This document shows, in pieces, positions 35,234 to 49,477 of a DNA stretch of 64,000 nucleotides. This DNA comes from Takakia lepidozioides. Lineage: Eukaryota > Plantae > Bryophyta. Numbering within the stretch: position 1 is the first letter of the stretch; every line of letters begins with the position of its first letter. The stretch spans positions 21,762,001 to 21,826,000 of the forward strand of contig CM060733.1 of NCBI GenBank assembly GCA_030704615.1, given 5' to 3'. A model generated the notes under the pieces. It was not told where the DNA came from. It saw nothing but the letters and a program-made list of their open reading frames with translations, and searched no databases. The translations under genes and the position numbers were made by a program.

Positions 35234-38200
35234 ATGGACCCGGACGAGAATGGGATGATGATGGCGCAGCATGCATCGCCACTTATGATTGGGTCCGGCC
35301 CTGGCTCAATTGATTCAGAGGCAAGCCCTGCAGAAGCAGCCCTAACAGGGCGGATTGTCGACCTTCGGTCGGACACTGTAACCAAACCAACAGCTGCAAT
35401 GCGCGCAGCCATGGCGAGCGCAGAGGTTGATGACGATTTGTTGGGCGTGGATCCAACGGTATTGAAGCTGCAGGAACATATGGCCAAAGCTTTTGGCAAG
35501 GAAGCTGGTCTATTTGTGCCTTCTGGTACCATGGGGAACCTCATCGCTGTTCTGGTTCATTGCGAGGTCTGTTTCCAAAGTGTCTGTGGCAACTTAATAC
35601 TACCTCAATTCGAGGGCCTGTGATTTGTTAGGATTAATAGACAGCTCTAGTAAGAATCGAAAGCACATTCTGGTCTGGAAACAGTAATTCCAGATAGAAT
35701 GCAGCAGACAATACAGCCCAGAGTCTGAAGCAATTTATGAAAGTGAAAAATGTTTTCTGAGGGTGAGATGCATGCATGTCCCAGCGCCAACTAGATTTCC
35801 ACTTAGAGTCAAGGTCTGCATTCAGAGCTTTGAGATCAAATTTTTCTCAACTAATTGGGATTTCCTTTGCTGGTCATTCAGTGTTGTGGTATGCGCATTT
35901 GATTTGTGGTGTCAGTCTATTGAAGAAAGTGAAATCTTGGATTGATATACATTGAATATTACTGCAGGAAATGCCATTTGGATAGGAGCCATATAGGAGT
36001 GTGCACAACAGTGTTGCTTACACGCTCTGCACAGATGCCTGACCCCACAGTAGCACCAGGCCATCTGAAGTCTACTAGTTGTTATTCAGGTTCGAGGGAG
36101 TGAGGCGATTATAGGGTCAGAGAGCCATATTCATGTGTACGAGCAGGGTGGAATCTCAACACTCGGTGGCGTGCATTCAAAGACGGTTCCTAACCGAGCG
36201 GATGGGACCATGGACTTGCGGAAAGTGGAGGCTGCTATCAGACCCCCAAATGATGACCACTACCCAATCACCCGCCTCATTTGCATCGAGAACACCCACG
36301 CAAGGTAGCCCTAGCGGTTCAGGTCTGGAGGTGCTCATGTTTTGTAACTGACTTAGTGGTAAGTGCTTGTATAAGCTCCACCTGACCACCTTGTCACTGG
36401 GTGTTGGATTAGTCAAGTAAAGACTTTTATGCGAGGTGTGAATGCAAAGAACGTGCGATGAAGTTGAAAGAATGTGTGCAGATGTGGAGGAAGATGTGTA
36501 ACAGCTGAGTACACGGACAAAATTGGAGAGCTAGCCAAATGGTATGGGTTGAAGGTGCATGTTGATGGCGCCCGCATATTTAATGCCTCCATTGTGAGTC
36601 CTGCACAGACTGGAGTATTTGCCGACCATTGATAAGTTGTTGCATGCCTTTGAGAAGTGGAAAGGTGTCAACTACTTTTTTGTCAAGCTTGGTACAAAGA
36701 GAGCGCAGCTGCATTTAAAGGGATTGGTAGCCACGTTTTAGTTAATTTCGCTCGTTCTCCAGTGAGTTTCTTAAACTGTGTACGCAGGCCATGGGTGTTG
36801 CGCCTGAAAGGTTGGTGCGCGCTGCTGATACTGTCTCGGTAAGCTTTCTTTACTAAAATGAGTATGATGTAAGGGAAATAGGTGCATGTCATCAGGCTGT
36901 GAGAGTCACATTTGTCTCCCACAATGAATATGCAAAAGGACAAATATCTTTGCGTGTCTAAGACAATCAGGTATCTTGCCCCCAATTCAGATTGTGGGTT
37001 TAAGACGTTTCCCTTTGAATCTAGAACCATTGGAGGTCATAGTCCCTCTAACAAGCGGTGTCCTAACCCCTATGTAGAGAGCTCACCATCACAGGGAAAT
37101 AAGCACCCTTGAGGCACTCGTGGTCAGATGGAATCTGCATTGAAATAGGAACCATGGCTTTCCCCAAAAGATTGGGTCATTTCCGCAGTACCAACTTGTA
37201 CACATCCCTGTGACCAGAAAAGCTCTCTTCAAAGGTTTCCTTGTACCTTCTAGCTCTATCCTGCTTGTGGTGCAGAATGGGGTTGAGGATTTCGTTGTCT
37301 GAGGGCTGGAATTGAAGCTTCACAGCTTCGATGACCCCTGATCATTGCAAGGTGGTTGCTGCTGGAGTCCTTTGGAAATCATTTTGACCCGTACTGAGTT
37401 TGATACAGTTCGATACAGTTTTCAAATGATGAGCTTTTTGTGGTCTTAACTCTGGATGAGCTCAGGTGCATTCAATGACCACACCTGGCTCCCTGACACT
37501 CTAGTGCACTCATTAGAATTGTCCCGTCTTCTATATGTAACCTGCGTGTTTCCTCTCTAGGTTATTAGCAATTCCTTGGTAGTTGTTGTACTCGGTCAGT
37601 AGGCAACAAAGTAAATATACGAGATAAATTGAACCAAACACCAGGACCAAGGTTGATATGCTTTTGTGTATTTGCAGGTGTGTCTCTCAAAGGGGTTGGC
37701 AGCTCCAGCAGGCACGGTTCTTGTCGGCCCTAACGAGTTCATCACCAAGGTCTGAACTAATTCTTTCTAATACAAGACGTGCAAGCTGTTCTAAGTTCTT
37801 TTTATTAGGACCATTTCAAATGCCTTGTGATTGCTTTTCAGCTTATTGGTGTCATGCCATCCACCTTTTAATTGTGTCTCTATCCCAGTGAAACATTTTG
37901 TGACCGTTCTGTCATGGTACATCCTCACCAAGAGGATGAGGAAATTCTTCCAGCCATCATAATGGAATGTGGGGTCTGAAATGTGGGGTTTGCATGGCAG
38001 GCAAGGAGATTGAGAAAAGCACTAGGTGGAGGGATGCGGCAGGTAGGCGTATTGGCAGCCCCAGGGTTGATTGCCTTGCATGACATGGTTGGCCGACTCA
38101 AAGAGGACCATGTGAACGCCCGTCTGCTTGCTGGTAAGAAATGGCTTTTCACATGATTGTGAAAATTTCCTGGTAGCCTGCTCTCAAAGGACAACTGGTC

Positions 38201-39287
38201 CCAATGATGTGAATGTTCATGGTGTGCCTCACATGCACTCGAATGTAAAATGCTTTGAGCCTGGTGTAGCGAAGCATGCCAGAGAATGAAGAAAGAAGAA
38301 AGAAGAAACCTCATATATCCACAGAAACTCAAAGAGCATCTGGGACAAAGGAAGGGAAAAGATGTCAGAGAGTTTTTATAATGTCCAGGAAAGTCAGAGA
38401 GAGTAGGACAATCAATCATACTGCCTTGTTGTATTATGTGTATATGAGATGGGTGTTTACTGCCTTGTTGTGTATGTATGTTTCCATGTGCCCATGCTCT
38501 TCTTAAGATTCAGCTTGTCTTGAATCACATATGGTGGGTGCAGAGGGGCTGAATGTGATAGAGGGACTACGAGTGGATGTCGCCAGCATAGAAACCAACA
38601 TTGTAAGCTTCCTCATTGATGATTACTTTCTTTGTTGTCAGAAGTTAGCTTTAGACAATGGAAGCCTGCTGAGCAGGTCTGACTGTTATGGCAGGTAAAT
38701 GTGGAAGTTACAGCTGACTCGGCACTTGGGGCTGAGGAACTTTGTGAAGCTTTGAAGGAACACGGGGTCCTTGCAATGCCGGTTGGCCGGACCAAGTTTG
38801 TACTGCTATCCTAAGCTTCTGGATCTCCAAGATTTTCACTTCCATGCTGGATTTGAGTCAAAATTGGTGTTGCAAGTCAATGAAAAAGGAACCTACTCTA
38901 TGAGTTGGATAAAGGACTTTTCTGGGGTGAAGCAGGGGAGACTCTTTTGCAGGGTAAAATAGATAGGAGGTTTATCATAGCTTTCTTTCAGCATTTGTGC
39001 CAGTGTAACACACATGATTTCATTCAAGGCACTCCCAACTTTTCCAGGAAGTCTCAGCTAGTATTACTAAGCTTATTTGATTAATGGCATCCAGGGGCAT
39101 ATGTTTCTCTTTCAGACTAGACAATAATATTATTGATTCTTGCTTTATCCTGGCTGACCCAGGGGTTTGCGAGTTGCATGGTAATACCTGGTGCTTATGC
39201 ATTTGTCTTGAAAATTCCAGGATCCGGGTTGTGACTCACTATCAAATAACAGATGATGATATCCGCTATGCCCTCGCTTGCTTCCAG
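35234..39287 (+). CDS. THA1: Low-specificity L-threonine aldolase (PLP-dependent); terminal exon uncertain
   Basis: Exons 35234-35566, 36090-36304, 36482-36593, 36788-36838, 37678-37749, 38001-38133, 38544-38602, 38695-38795, 39221-39287. Motifs [47 protein letters not shown] (PLP lysine), [18 protein letters not shown]. The stop is either by read-through at 39383 or in a last exon at 39843-39872. Probable 5'UTR exon ends at ~34651. Confidence 0.93.
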
Positions 39288-40399
39288 GTCAGATCTCTTC
39301 CTTACCTTCTCGAGTCCAAGTGGGGTTCTAAGGATGAGCGAAGTCAGATCATTTCCTTATGTCACATGTCCAAGTCAATATAATTGCACTTGAGTGCATA
39401 TCAAGTGGCACAGTAGACCAGCAGGGTACTTGTATTCCTTTCCGGATATGTCGAGTGTGAATGTGCATGAGATGAAAGGATAAATGTGTTTGTGCCCTTC
39501 AAACTCTGAGCTGGAGAGAGTGATAACAAGGCTGTTGACATTAAATTCTTTCTATTCCATTTATTGACATTCATTTGAAACATTTGCAAGTCTGGTGCAG
39601 ACAATAGGATGGGAAAAGCAGCTTTGACCACAGATGGACCTTTCATACATCTGTGAGATCTAATGGAGAGCACCATATGTCAAGCTCCTGCTATCGAGCT
39701 TTGCACCACACGGTTTCATACATTTATTTTGGGTAACAAGAGAGGCCCAAGAGCCCATCAGTAAAATTACCCCTGACACATATCAAAGGCAAGCCGAGGC
39801 CCAACTATTTCCAGTAGGGTGGAAAATGGTATGTGCATGCAGGACATTGTTGAGGTCATCTGTGGAGGATGAAGAACTGCATGTATCTGTTTGATGGAAA
39901 GACTCTTGCAGGAACTCCCTGTTGGCTACGGCTGCCTGCTGGTAGGAAAATGAGGAACCCACTATTAATTCTTGCTTGGTCCTACTGAATGGCTTCAGGA
40001 CCACACTCAATGTACAGCCATTTCTCATTGAAATTGTTTTTGGAAAAAGGCATTCATCAAATTAAAGAGTGAAGTTTCTAGGGTCTTTCAAAAAAAGTTG
40101 AAGAAGTTACAACTCACAAATGGGTGTGATCTTGAAAGCCATATGTCGAAACTGTGAAATGGTATGTGCAGATAGCAGATGTAGTTACTAACATAATTCA
40201 ACAGTTCATTGCTATAAAAGAATCTGCAATGACATGGTCAAATACTTTAGTGGCCTTGAGTCATGAATTTGGTGGAATATGTACGTGACGTTCAGGGGTT
40301 GAGGAGGACAGTGTTTGCATCAACATTGGCAAGCAGTGAAAAGTGTTTTTCGATCCAGGTCGAATGGAATAGAAATCTATGGGATCAAATATAATGCAA

Positions 40400-41100
40400 A
40401 AGAAGAAAAGAGCCTCAAGCTTGTGGTTTCGCTTATGCCGTGACACTATGGAAGACCGAGATCAACCACTGCATATGTCTGTATGCTTTGTGTTGCATCT
40501 ATAAGTTGGTGTTGCAAGAAGCAACCACCTGTAGCACTTTCAACCACAGAGGCAGAGTATATAGCAGCGTTTATGATTGTGCAGGAGGCTGTATGGCTTA
40601 GAGTACTTTTGAGAGATCTTAGTTTTGCTCAAAAGTAGGAAACAAGATTTTTCGAAGGCACTAACCAAGGCTGCACAGCAGTAACAAATAATCCAGAAAA
40701 TCGTTCCAGGACGAAACATGTAGCTGTCAGCACCTCAGAGAATAGGAAGGAGCTGGTAGTTGGGATGTGTTGTCCTGCTAATGACATGGTGGCAGATATC
40801 CTCACCAAATCAACTCGTAAGACTCGACTTGAGCATTCGGGGGCTCAAATGAGTACAAGATTCACACGGGCATTGCAGCTAGTGTAGGAAGAAGGTTCAA
40901 CACCTCCTTCAGGAAGTTGCACCTGCAACTTCCCATGTCTTCCAAGGGACTATTGAAGGATCGTTGTAAAAATTACGTTTACAAGACCTTATAAAGGTGC
41001 ACTCCTTTCCTTTCATAGTCACTGTCTCCTCGAGTTAGAAAGATATTTTCAACACTTTTCTGTGTCTTGCGCTAGCTTTCCATAGATTAGCCACTTTCAT
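40400..41100 (+). mobile_element. Ty1/copia relic: RT end/RNase H and putative 3' LTR fragment
   Basis: [55 protein letters not shown]; then a short purine run at ~40944 and TATA-like CTTATAAAGG at ~40988. Confidence 0.85.
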
Positions 41101-41813
41101 TTCCCTCGCTTGCCTTGTGTTATTTTGTATTTGGATGCGCTTTCTCTCGGGCATTAGATTTTGCTAAAGGTGTGTCACGCTTTCCGCGTCTGTGTCATCG
41201 TGGCTCTTGTCATCACACTTTCTTCGAGGTCAGTGATTGCGCGTGGTTTTGCAGATTATCGTTTTGATTTGCGTTGTCAGTGGTGTGATTGCTGACGACT
41301 CATCACGCACAAGTGATCCTCCGACTGTATTTCTGCTGTTCATGAGGGATGCCTGTAACATATGACTGCCATGTAGCTAAGTTTTGCTCTAGAGCTGCTA
41401 TTTCGTCACCAGCGAATCGCCTGTTTCTTTTCTGAGCAATTATCAATCCTTTTCAGAACTTGATATCTTCCGTTGCCATTCACAAGACTAGGAGCTTGCT
41501 TTTATTACCCGCATAAATAGACAGGACTTGGACATTGACACTAGGTCAGTTCTTAAGGTGAGAACAAAGTCACATGTTTCAATCGGCTCCAAGCTTGAGG
41601 ATTCCTCCTCGCATCTAGTTTTCATAGTTTGCTCCAGAGTTTTCTACTTCACTGCCAATTCGATAATTCAGAACAATTTATTGCCATACTTAGCTTTTGA
41701 AAATTCACATACAGCTATTCTGATGCTCAAGATTCAGACGGAGCGAAACACGAGAGGGACTCAGCAAGCACAAGAGACACATAGGTAGCAACAGAAATTT
41801 GAATCAGGTTTAC

Positions 41814-44800
41814 ATGGACCCGGGCGAGAATGGGATACCACTCATGATCGGGTTTGGCCCTGGCTCAATCGATTCAGAGGCATGCCCTGCAAAATCCGCC
41901 CGAACAGTGCGGGTTGTTGACCTCGGACACTGTAACCAAACCAACAGCTGCAATGCGCGCAGCCATGGCGAGCGCAGAGGTTGATGACGATATTTTGCGC
42001 GTGGATCCAACGGTATTGAAGCTGCAGGAAGATATGGCCAAAGTTGTTGGCAAGGAAGCTGGTCTATTTGTGCCCTCTGGTACCATGGGGAACCTCATCG
42101 CTGTTCTGGTTCATTGCGAGGTCTGTTTTCAAAGTTGTCTTTGGCAAACCTCAATGCGAGCGCCGGTGATTTGTTAGCATTAATCGACAGGTCTACTGAA
42201 ACTCTGTAGCAGTTTATGAAAGTGATGAAAGTTTTCTGAAATAATGGCCCCAAACATGGAAAGGGCCTCGGGTCGACCCTTCTCCTGCGTAAGGAATTGT
42301 GCAGGAACAGCCCGGTACCTTACCTACAGACAGCATGGCGGGACTCTTACGCCAGGTAAGCGTCACCAAAATACAATGGAAAAAATCAGCAATTTCCTTC
42401 CGAGGGTCGGGGGCATGCATGTATCATTGTCGCAGCGTCAACTGGCATATAACCACGTAGAGTCAAGGTCTGAATTTGGGAGCTTTGAGATCAAAATGTT
42501 CTCAACTACTTGTTACTCAGGTTCGAGGGAGCGAGGTGATTGTAGGGTAAGAGAGCCATATTCATGTGTCTGAGCAGGGTGGAATTTCAACACTCGGTGG
42601 CGTGCATTCAAGAACGTTTCCTAACCGAGCGGATGGGACCATGGACTTGCGGAAAGTGGAGGCTGCTATCAGGTCCCGAAATGATGACCACTACCCAATC
42701 ACGCGCCTCATTTGCATCGAAAACACCCATGCAAGGTAGCCCTAGGTGGTTCATGCTTGTCAAAACTCCGCCTGACCACCTTTCACTGGATGTTGGATTT
42801 AGTCAAGTAAATACTGTTATGTGAGGGTGTGAATGTAAAGAACGTGCGATGAAGTTGAAAGAATGTGTGCAGATGTGGAGGACGATGTGTAACAGCTGAG
42901 TACACGGACAAAATTGGAGAGCTAGCCAAATGGTATGGGTTGAAGGTGCATGTTGATGGCGCCCGCATATTTAACGCCTCCGTTGTGAGTCCCGCACAGA
43001 CTGGAGTATTTGCCAACTATTGATAAGTTGTTGCATGCCTTTGAGAAGTGGAAAGGTGTCAACTACTTTTTCGTCAAGCTTGGTAGAAAGGGAGCGCAGC
43101 TGCATTTAAAGGGATTGATAGCCACTTTTTAGTTAATTTCTAAGTCGTTCTCTAGTGAGTCTCTAAAACTGTGTACGCAGGCCATGGGTGTTGAGCCTGA
43201 AAGGTTGGTGCGCTCTGCTGATACTGTCACGGTAAGCTGTCTTTACTAAAATGAATATGATGTAAGGGACAAATAGGTGCATGTCATAGGCTTGAATTGC
43301 TGGCAGTGATAATCACATTTGTCTGCCACAATGAATATGCAAAAGGACAAAAGAATTTGAGTGTCTAAAACAATCAGGTGTCTTGCCCCCAATTTAAATT
43401 GTGGGTTTAAGACGTTTCCCTTCAAATCTAGAACCATTGGAGGTGCATGTAGGCCTTCTAACAAGTGGTGTCCTAACCCCTATGTAGCAAGGAGCTCAGC
43501 ATTGCAGGAAAATAAGTTCCCTTGAGGCACTATTGTGTTCAAGATGGATTCTGCATTGACATAGGAACCATGACTTTCCCCAAGAGATTGGATCATTTCC
43601 ACTGTACCTGCTTGTACACATCCCTGTGACTGAAAAAGCTCTCTTCAAAAGTACCTTCAAAAGTAGCTTCTAGATCCATCCTGCTTGTGATGCAGAGTGG
43701 GGTTGAGGAAAACCTTGTCCGATGGCTGGAATTGAAGTTTCACAGCCCTAATGAGTTCATCACCAAGGTCTGAACTAATTCTTTCTAAGACAAGAGGTGC
43801 AAGCCGTCTTGCTTTTTATTAGGACATATTCAAATGCCTCGTATCATAGTTTGTCTTTATCCTGGTGAATCATTTGTCATGGTACACCCTCATCAAAGGC
43901 TGAGCTAATTCTTCCAGCCATCAACATGGAATGTGGGGTTGGCAGGCAAGGAGATTGAGAAAGGCACTAGGTGGAGGGATGCGGCAGGTAGGCGTATTGG
44001 CGGCCCCAGGGTTGATTGCCTTGCATGACATGGTTGGCCGACTCAAAGAGGACCATGTGAATGCACGACTGCTTGCTGGTAAGTAATGGCTTTTCACGTG
44101 ATTGTGTTTTGTGATTGTGTCTGGCAGCTCTCAAAGGACAACTGGTCCTAATGATGGGGATGTTCATGGTACGCTCACCTGCAATCAAATGTAAAATGCT
44201 GTGAGCCAGGTGAAGCGAAGCATGCCAGAGGACGAAGAAAGGAAAAAATAAAGAAGAAACTTCATACGTCTACAGAAAGTCAAAGAGTATCTGTGACAAA
44301 GAAGGGGAAAAAAAAATAAGAGAAATTTTACAATGTCCAGGAAGCTGAGTCAGAGAGCGTACAGAACAAGTAATACAGAAGACATGACTGAATAGTTTGG
44401 TCCCCAACAACCATCCTCCACCACAACCATATGAACTATAATGCGAGAGGGCTTCCAAAGAATAATGTCTTCAAAGGAGTGAGTAGGATCAGTTTGGAAA
44501 GATGTGACAACTGTGGTTGCGAGCGGTTGCCCTGCGGTGACACTCATAACACAAGAAAAAGAGATGAGATAACACTGGGGAAAAAGCCTGCACATCAGGC
44601 AATTACAATCTCCTTTGCATCTGTTTATTGTTCAAAGGTAGGCTTCCTGCCCTGAGTTTAAATCTCAGTCTAGTGCCAAGGGTAGGTAGGCCCTTTAGAT
44701 AATCCCCGAGGTCCTATTACATGGAGAGAGGGCGGCGCCCTCGACAGGGCGGTGCCCTTGGGGAGGGAGAGAACTGTACAGCCTTGTGGCCATAGACCCC

Positions 44801-45771
44801 CCGCCCAGTTTGCTGGAAACCGAGGGCCCTCTCTCTCTTTCTCTCTCCCACGGGGAGGGAGGGAGGGAGGGAGAGAGAGATTTGACAAAATGTACTCATA
44901 AGATGTAGCCTGGAGAGAGAGAAAGATGTCATTATTCTGTTAGAATTGCATGAGATGGGTTTTAGTGTCAATCTTACTGCCTTGTTGTATATGTGTGTGT
45001 TCCATGTGTCTATGGTTCTTCTTAAGATTCTTAAGATACAGCTGGCCTCAAATCATGTATGGTGGGTGCAGAGGGGTAGAATGCGGTAGAGGGACTACGA
45101 GTGGATGTTGCTAACATGGAAACCAACATTGTAAGCTTCCTCATTGTTTGCAAAGCAGCCTCCAGGTGTTCTAGGGTAATTTGGAGGTGATGTACACTAA
45201 TTTCAGGGCAATTACTGCATCAGATATAACAAGTGAACACGTGTAGGAGGCAAACTCAACATGATTAGTTTCTGTGATGTCAGAAAGAGACAATGGAAGC
45301 CTCTTGAGCTTCCACAGATAGAAGGCTGAATGTCAGGTCTGACTGTTGGCAGGTAAATGTGGAAATTACGGCTGACTCGGCACTTGGGGCTGAAGAGCTT
45401 TGTGAAGCTTTGAAGGAGCATGGTGTCCTTGTATTGGCATTCGGCCGGACGAAGTTTGTACTGCTATCCTAAGCTTATAAATCTCCAGCATTCTCACATC
45501 TGAGCTAATAATGGATGAATTTGAATTCGGTGTTGCAAGTCATTTCAAATGAAAAAGAAAACTACTCTATAATTTTGATGTAGGATTTTCCTGGGTTGAA
45601 GCAGGGGAGACTCTTTTGGTGGGCCCCTTCTAAATAAATTGATTTCATTCAAGCTGATCCATTGGTTTGTGAGTTGCATGATAACACCTGGTGCTTTTGT
45701 CTTGAAAATTCCAGGCTCCGGGTTCTGACTCACTATCAAATAACAGAGGATGAACCCTCGCTTGCTTCCAG
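41814..45771 (+). pseudogene. Threonine aldolase tandem duplicate, pseudogene
   Basis: Colinear with copy 1 including introns (41103-46706 vs 34526-40052). 5-bp frameshift in DLRSD (~41921); ~400-bp deletion at ~43746 removes the acceptor and [17 protein letters not shown]; 10-bp deletion in exon 9. Confidence 0.92.
44610..44673 (+). mobile_element. Helitron-like 3' terminus (second copy on the - strand at ~60973-60909)
   Basis: Hairpin AGGTAGGCTTCCTGCCCT, then ~15 nt, then CTAG|T. Lies in a ~600-bp segment absent from the THA copy-1 intron. Confidence 0.5.
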
Positions 45772-48700
45772 GTCATTCTCTTCCTTACCTTCTCAAGTCC
45801 AGTTGGGGTTCTAGGATGAACAAATTCAGATAATGTCCTTCAGTGACATGGACCTCCCTCTAATGTCCAAGTCAAATGTAGCTGCAAATGAGTGCACAGT
45901 AGACCAGCAGGGTATTTGTATGTAGCCTAAAAGGCACCAGAGAACTGGATGAGCTTTTCAGTCCATAAACAACAGTGACGCCTCCATGCCAGCCAGCAGC
46001 AATAGCTGTGACATGTGCAAAGAGTAAATCTGGTACCAACACTTTCATACCTTTGACCTTGTCAATGAATCTGGTCATTTTCAGTCTGCAGTTGGTGGTA
46101 TTTTTCAGTCCTTTGTCCGGTATTGGTCAGTGAAGCCGCACTGGCATAACTGACATTTGACTTGGTCAGTACGTCTTGCCTCAAATCATCCACCATCCCT
46201 GTTCAGGTTATGTCGAGTGTGAGTGTGCATGAATGTGTTTGTGCCCTTTTAACTCTGGGCTGGAGAGAGTGATAACAAAGCTGTTGACATTAACTTCTTT
46301 ATATTCCATTATTGACATTCATTTGAAACATTTGCAAGTCTGGTGCAGACAATAGGATGGGAAAAGCAACTTTGACCATGGATGCACCTTCATACATCTG
46401 TGGTATCTAATGGAGAGCACCACAGTGAAGCTCCTGCTATCGAGCTTTGCACCACACGGTATCACGGTGGGAAATGGTATGTGCATGCAGGACATTGTTG
46501 AGGTCATCTGTGGATGAAGAGCTGCATGTATTGTTTGATGGAAAGACTTTCTTGCAGGAAGTCTCTGATGGCTACATCTGCCTGCTCGTAGGAAAAAGAG
46601 GAACCCACTATGAATTCTTGCTTGGTCCTACTTATGGCTTCCAGACCACACTCTAAGTCCCCTATGTACAGCCATTTCTCTTTGAATTCGTGTTTGGAAA
46701 AAGGCAGTGAGGGCCATTAATCAAATTCCAACTCTAGACAACTCTTGGAATTATGCAATGGAGATTTGAGTGGGGCATCAGAATATAGCGCAAGCTTCTG
46801 GGCCTGCTGCCTGCTGTCTGAATTTGGCTTGCCTTTGCTGGCAGGTTTTTTAAACTCTTTGGTTGGGTATTAAACTATTGGATAGACCTTGGATAAATGT
46901 CACCTGTTTATATGTTATATCTCTTTTATTGTTATGTAATTTCTCTACTGTAGAATTTTACACTAAAAAGAATGAAAGCACTCTATATGATAAGTGTGAG
47001 GAGAGTCCTACTCATTATAGTATTAAAACACCTTCTACAGTTGTTATTATGCACCTCCAATTAATTGGTGGGAATTAACAACCAAGGTTGACCACAAATT
47101 TGGTCTATCAAACTCAAATCTCTCTTAAGGGAGGTGCAAAAACAAATGTGGTCTCTCTCTCATCTCAACTGTTAGTGCTCTCAATGGTATGGTATGAGGA
47201 AATTTTGATTCCGTAAAGAGAATTGCTCTGTGTAATATTTAGTATTTGATGCCTCCTGAAGGAAGCATAAACTATGGTGTCTCCACCCCGATTACTGCCT
47301 TCCTCTAGGAAGGTGGATTGAACCCACAACCACTTTTCTTCCGAGGTGGTATGTGCCCATTAGGATTGGTTGGTTGCGTTGTGTATAATTAGTTGCCTTA
47401 CATGGCGCAATCTCCAATCTGACTATGCCTTACCAATCTGATTATGCCTTACAAAAAGTGACCTTACGTTTTTGTAAGATCACTACTGTTTTGCTGCAGG
47501 AGACTTACGAATTTGGAAGGCTACACTTCAATGTTTTTTCGGGTAGTTCTTTATGTAAGAGAAGGGCCCGCGTGTGGGCCCTTCCGCCATTTTCGGCACC
47601 TGGCCTCGTCTACTGCCCTCAAATGGCGGAAGGCCCTCCACTCAGGCCCTTCTCCTATACATAAGTGCCTGTAACTTAGTGTTGTTTCCTGAAGTTGAAG
47701 CCGGTCTGCATACTATCCTGCTATACATTGAACAACAACCTCAAGACATTAAATCTTTTGTCTTCAAAATGTTTGTCAAATCAAAAGGAGTTGTATGCTG
47801 CTAGGCCATCCAATCTTAATAAAACAGTCGTTTTCTTAATTTAAATTGTAATTAATTAATATATATTGTTTCCAGTCTAGTAGTTGACCTCAATAAGTGT
47901 GATATTTATAATTGTTATAGTCTGAAATTATGCCATCTTTTTGCTTTCTTTTTCAATTCTTTTGTTTTGTTGTTATATATGTATAAATGTTATGTTTTCT
48001 ATACATTTAAAAAACATAACATTTGAGCACTCCATGCACATTTCATACTCCTCTTCTGATGGAGAGCACCACATGTCAAGCTCATGCTGTCAAGCTTTGC
48101 ACCATAGTAACAAGCGATAAGAAGGCATGTTGAAGGATTGAACACCAGATCATCCCGGTTCTTGCCCACACAAACTCCCAACTGCTCAAGTGCGCCACTT
48201 CATCATTATTTCTGTTAATTATATGTGCAAGTGTTGAGAACCGCACCCCCAGAGGCAAGTGTTGATTAGGGGAAAAATTAAAGACCATGCACAGAGTATC
48301 ATGTATCATTCCTATGTATATTTACTCTACAAAAGATGCAATGGTTGAGGGGGAGGGGACAAATGTGACTAAGGCCCCTGAATCTCACTTTTCTTGAACT
48401 TTGCATATATAATACATGTACGAAATATGACTGGTTTTTCCTTTCGAGAACTAAATGTTGGCATTCACAACAGAACAAATATTTGTCTGCCTCTGTGCAT
48501 GTACAAGGTATGATAAGCCCAAATCGGGGAGGGGAACAGAGATGGTGGTAGACACATTTACACTAGAAAATGCCTTACCAAGTTATCATTTGAAATAAGA
48601 TGAGATTTGATATTGGAAAGATGAATCCATCTAATTCTTTCCTGGCAGCACTGTTTCTCAAATTGTCTGCAGATTCTAGGCAGATTCTCATTCTAGACCG

Positions 48701-49477
48701 ATATCTAGAGCAGTCTCTAGTATTACTTCGCGTTGGGTCAGAAAAATAATTCTACATTTAGTTTAGATTCGAGAGCTTAGACTAAGCTCGAGGGACCATG
48801 TAGGTCACAGTTTGACAGTTTTCGGACAAATTTCCAACCGCTCCAAGAATCTTCGTACAATTTGTACACCACCACATTACCACCCAATGCCACAAAAATG
48901 AGATGACCTCGTGCACCACACTTGAGGTCAGAGGTGAGGTCTGTAGCAGCTGCTTCGTGGTAGATTATTTCAAAGTCCTTTACTCCAATACGAGTAATCT
49001 GTTGCGATGCACTGCTGTTGCAAGGTTCTGTTGGCTCCTTATTTGATTTTTGTTGCAAGGCACTACTGTTGTGAGGTTCTTAGGCTCGTTCTTTGATAAT
49101 TATTGCAAGGTACTGTAGGTGCCTCGTTCTTTTATATTTGTTACAAGGTACTGTAGGAACTATTGACTTCTTTGTATTGTCAAGTCTCTTTTTGGTGGAA
49201 TTGATTTTTTGTTTCAGAGAGACTTTAAGAAATTCAAAGAGCTTAGGCTTGAGAGAGACAATGGAGTTTTAGTGTGCAAAAAACTAAATATAGAAAGACC
49301 TAGTTAGTTCATATTGGTTGGTTAGAAACATGAGACAAAACAGAGCTTGAATGAAAGACATTTCAGTTATTTTTTGAGTTTGTTTCACGGTTTACAAAGT
49401 ATATTGAGTATGTGTCGTCTACATACCATCCGCTACGAGTGGAATATTTTAAGGGAAGAAATGTTGCAAGAAACTTT

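Noticed and set aside
47300-47385. Possible third SINE or tRNA head on the - strand (GGTTCAATCC)
   Set aside because: Only a B box is visible; I could not establish an A box, tail or TSD.
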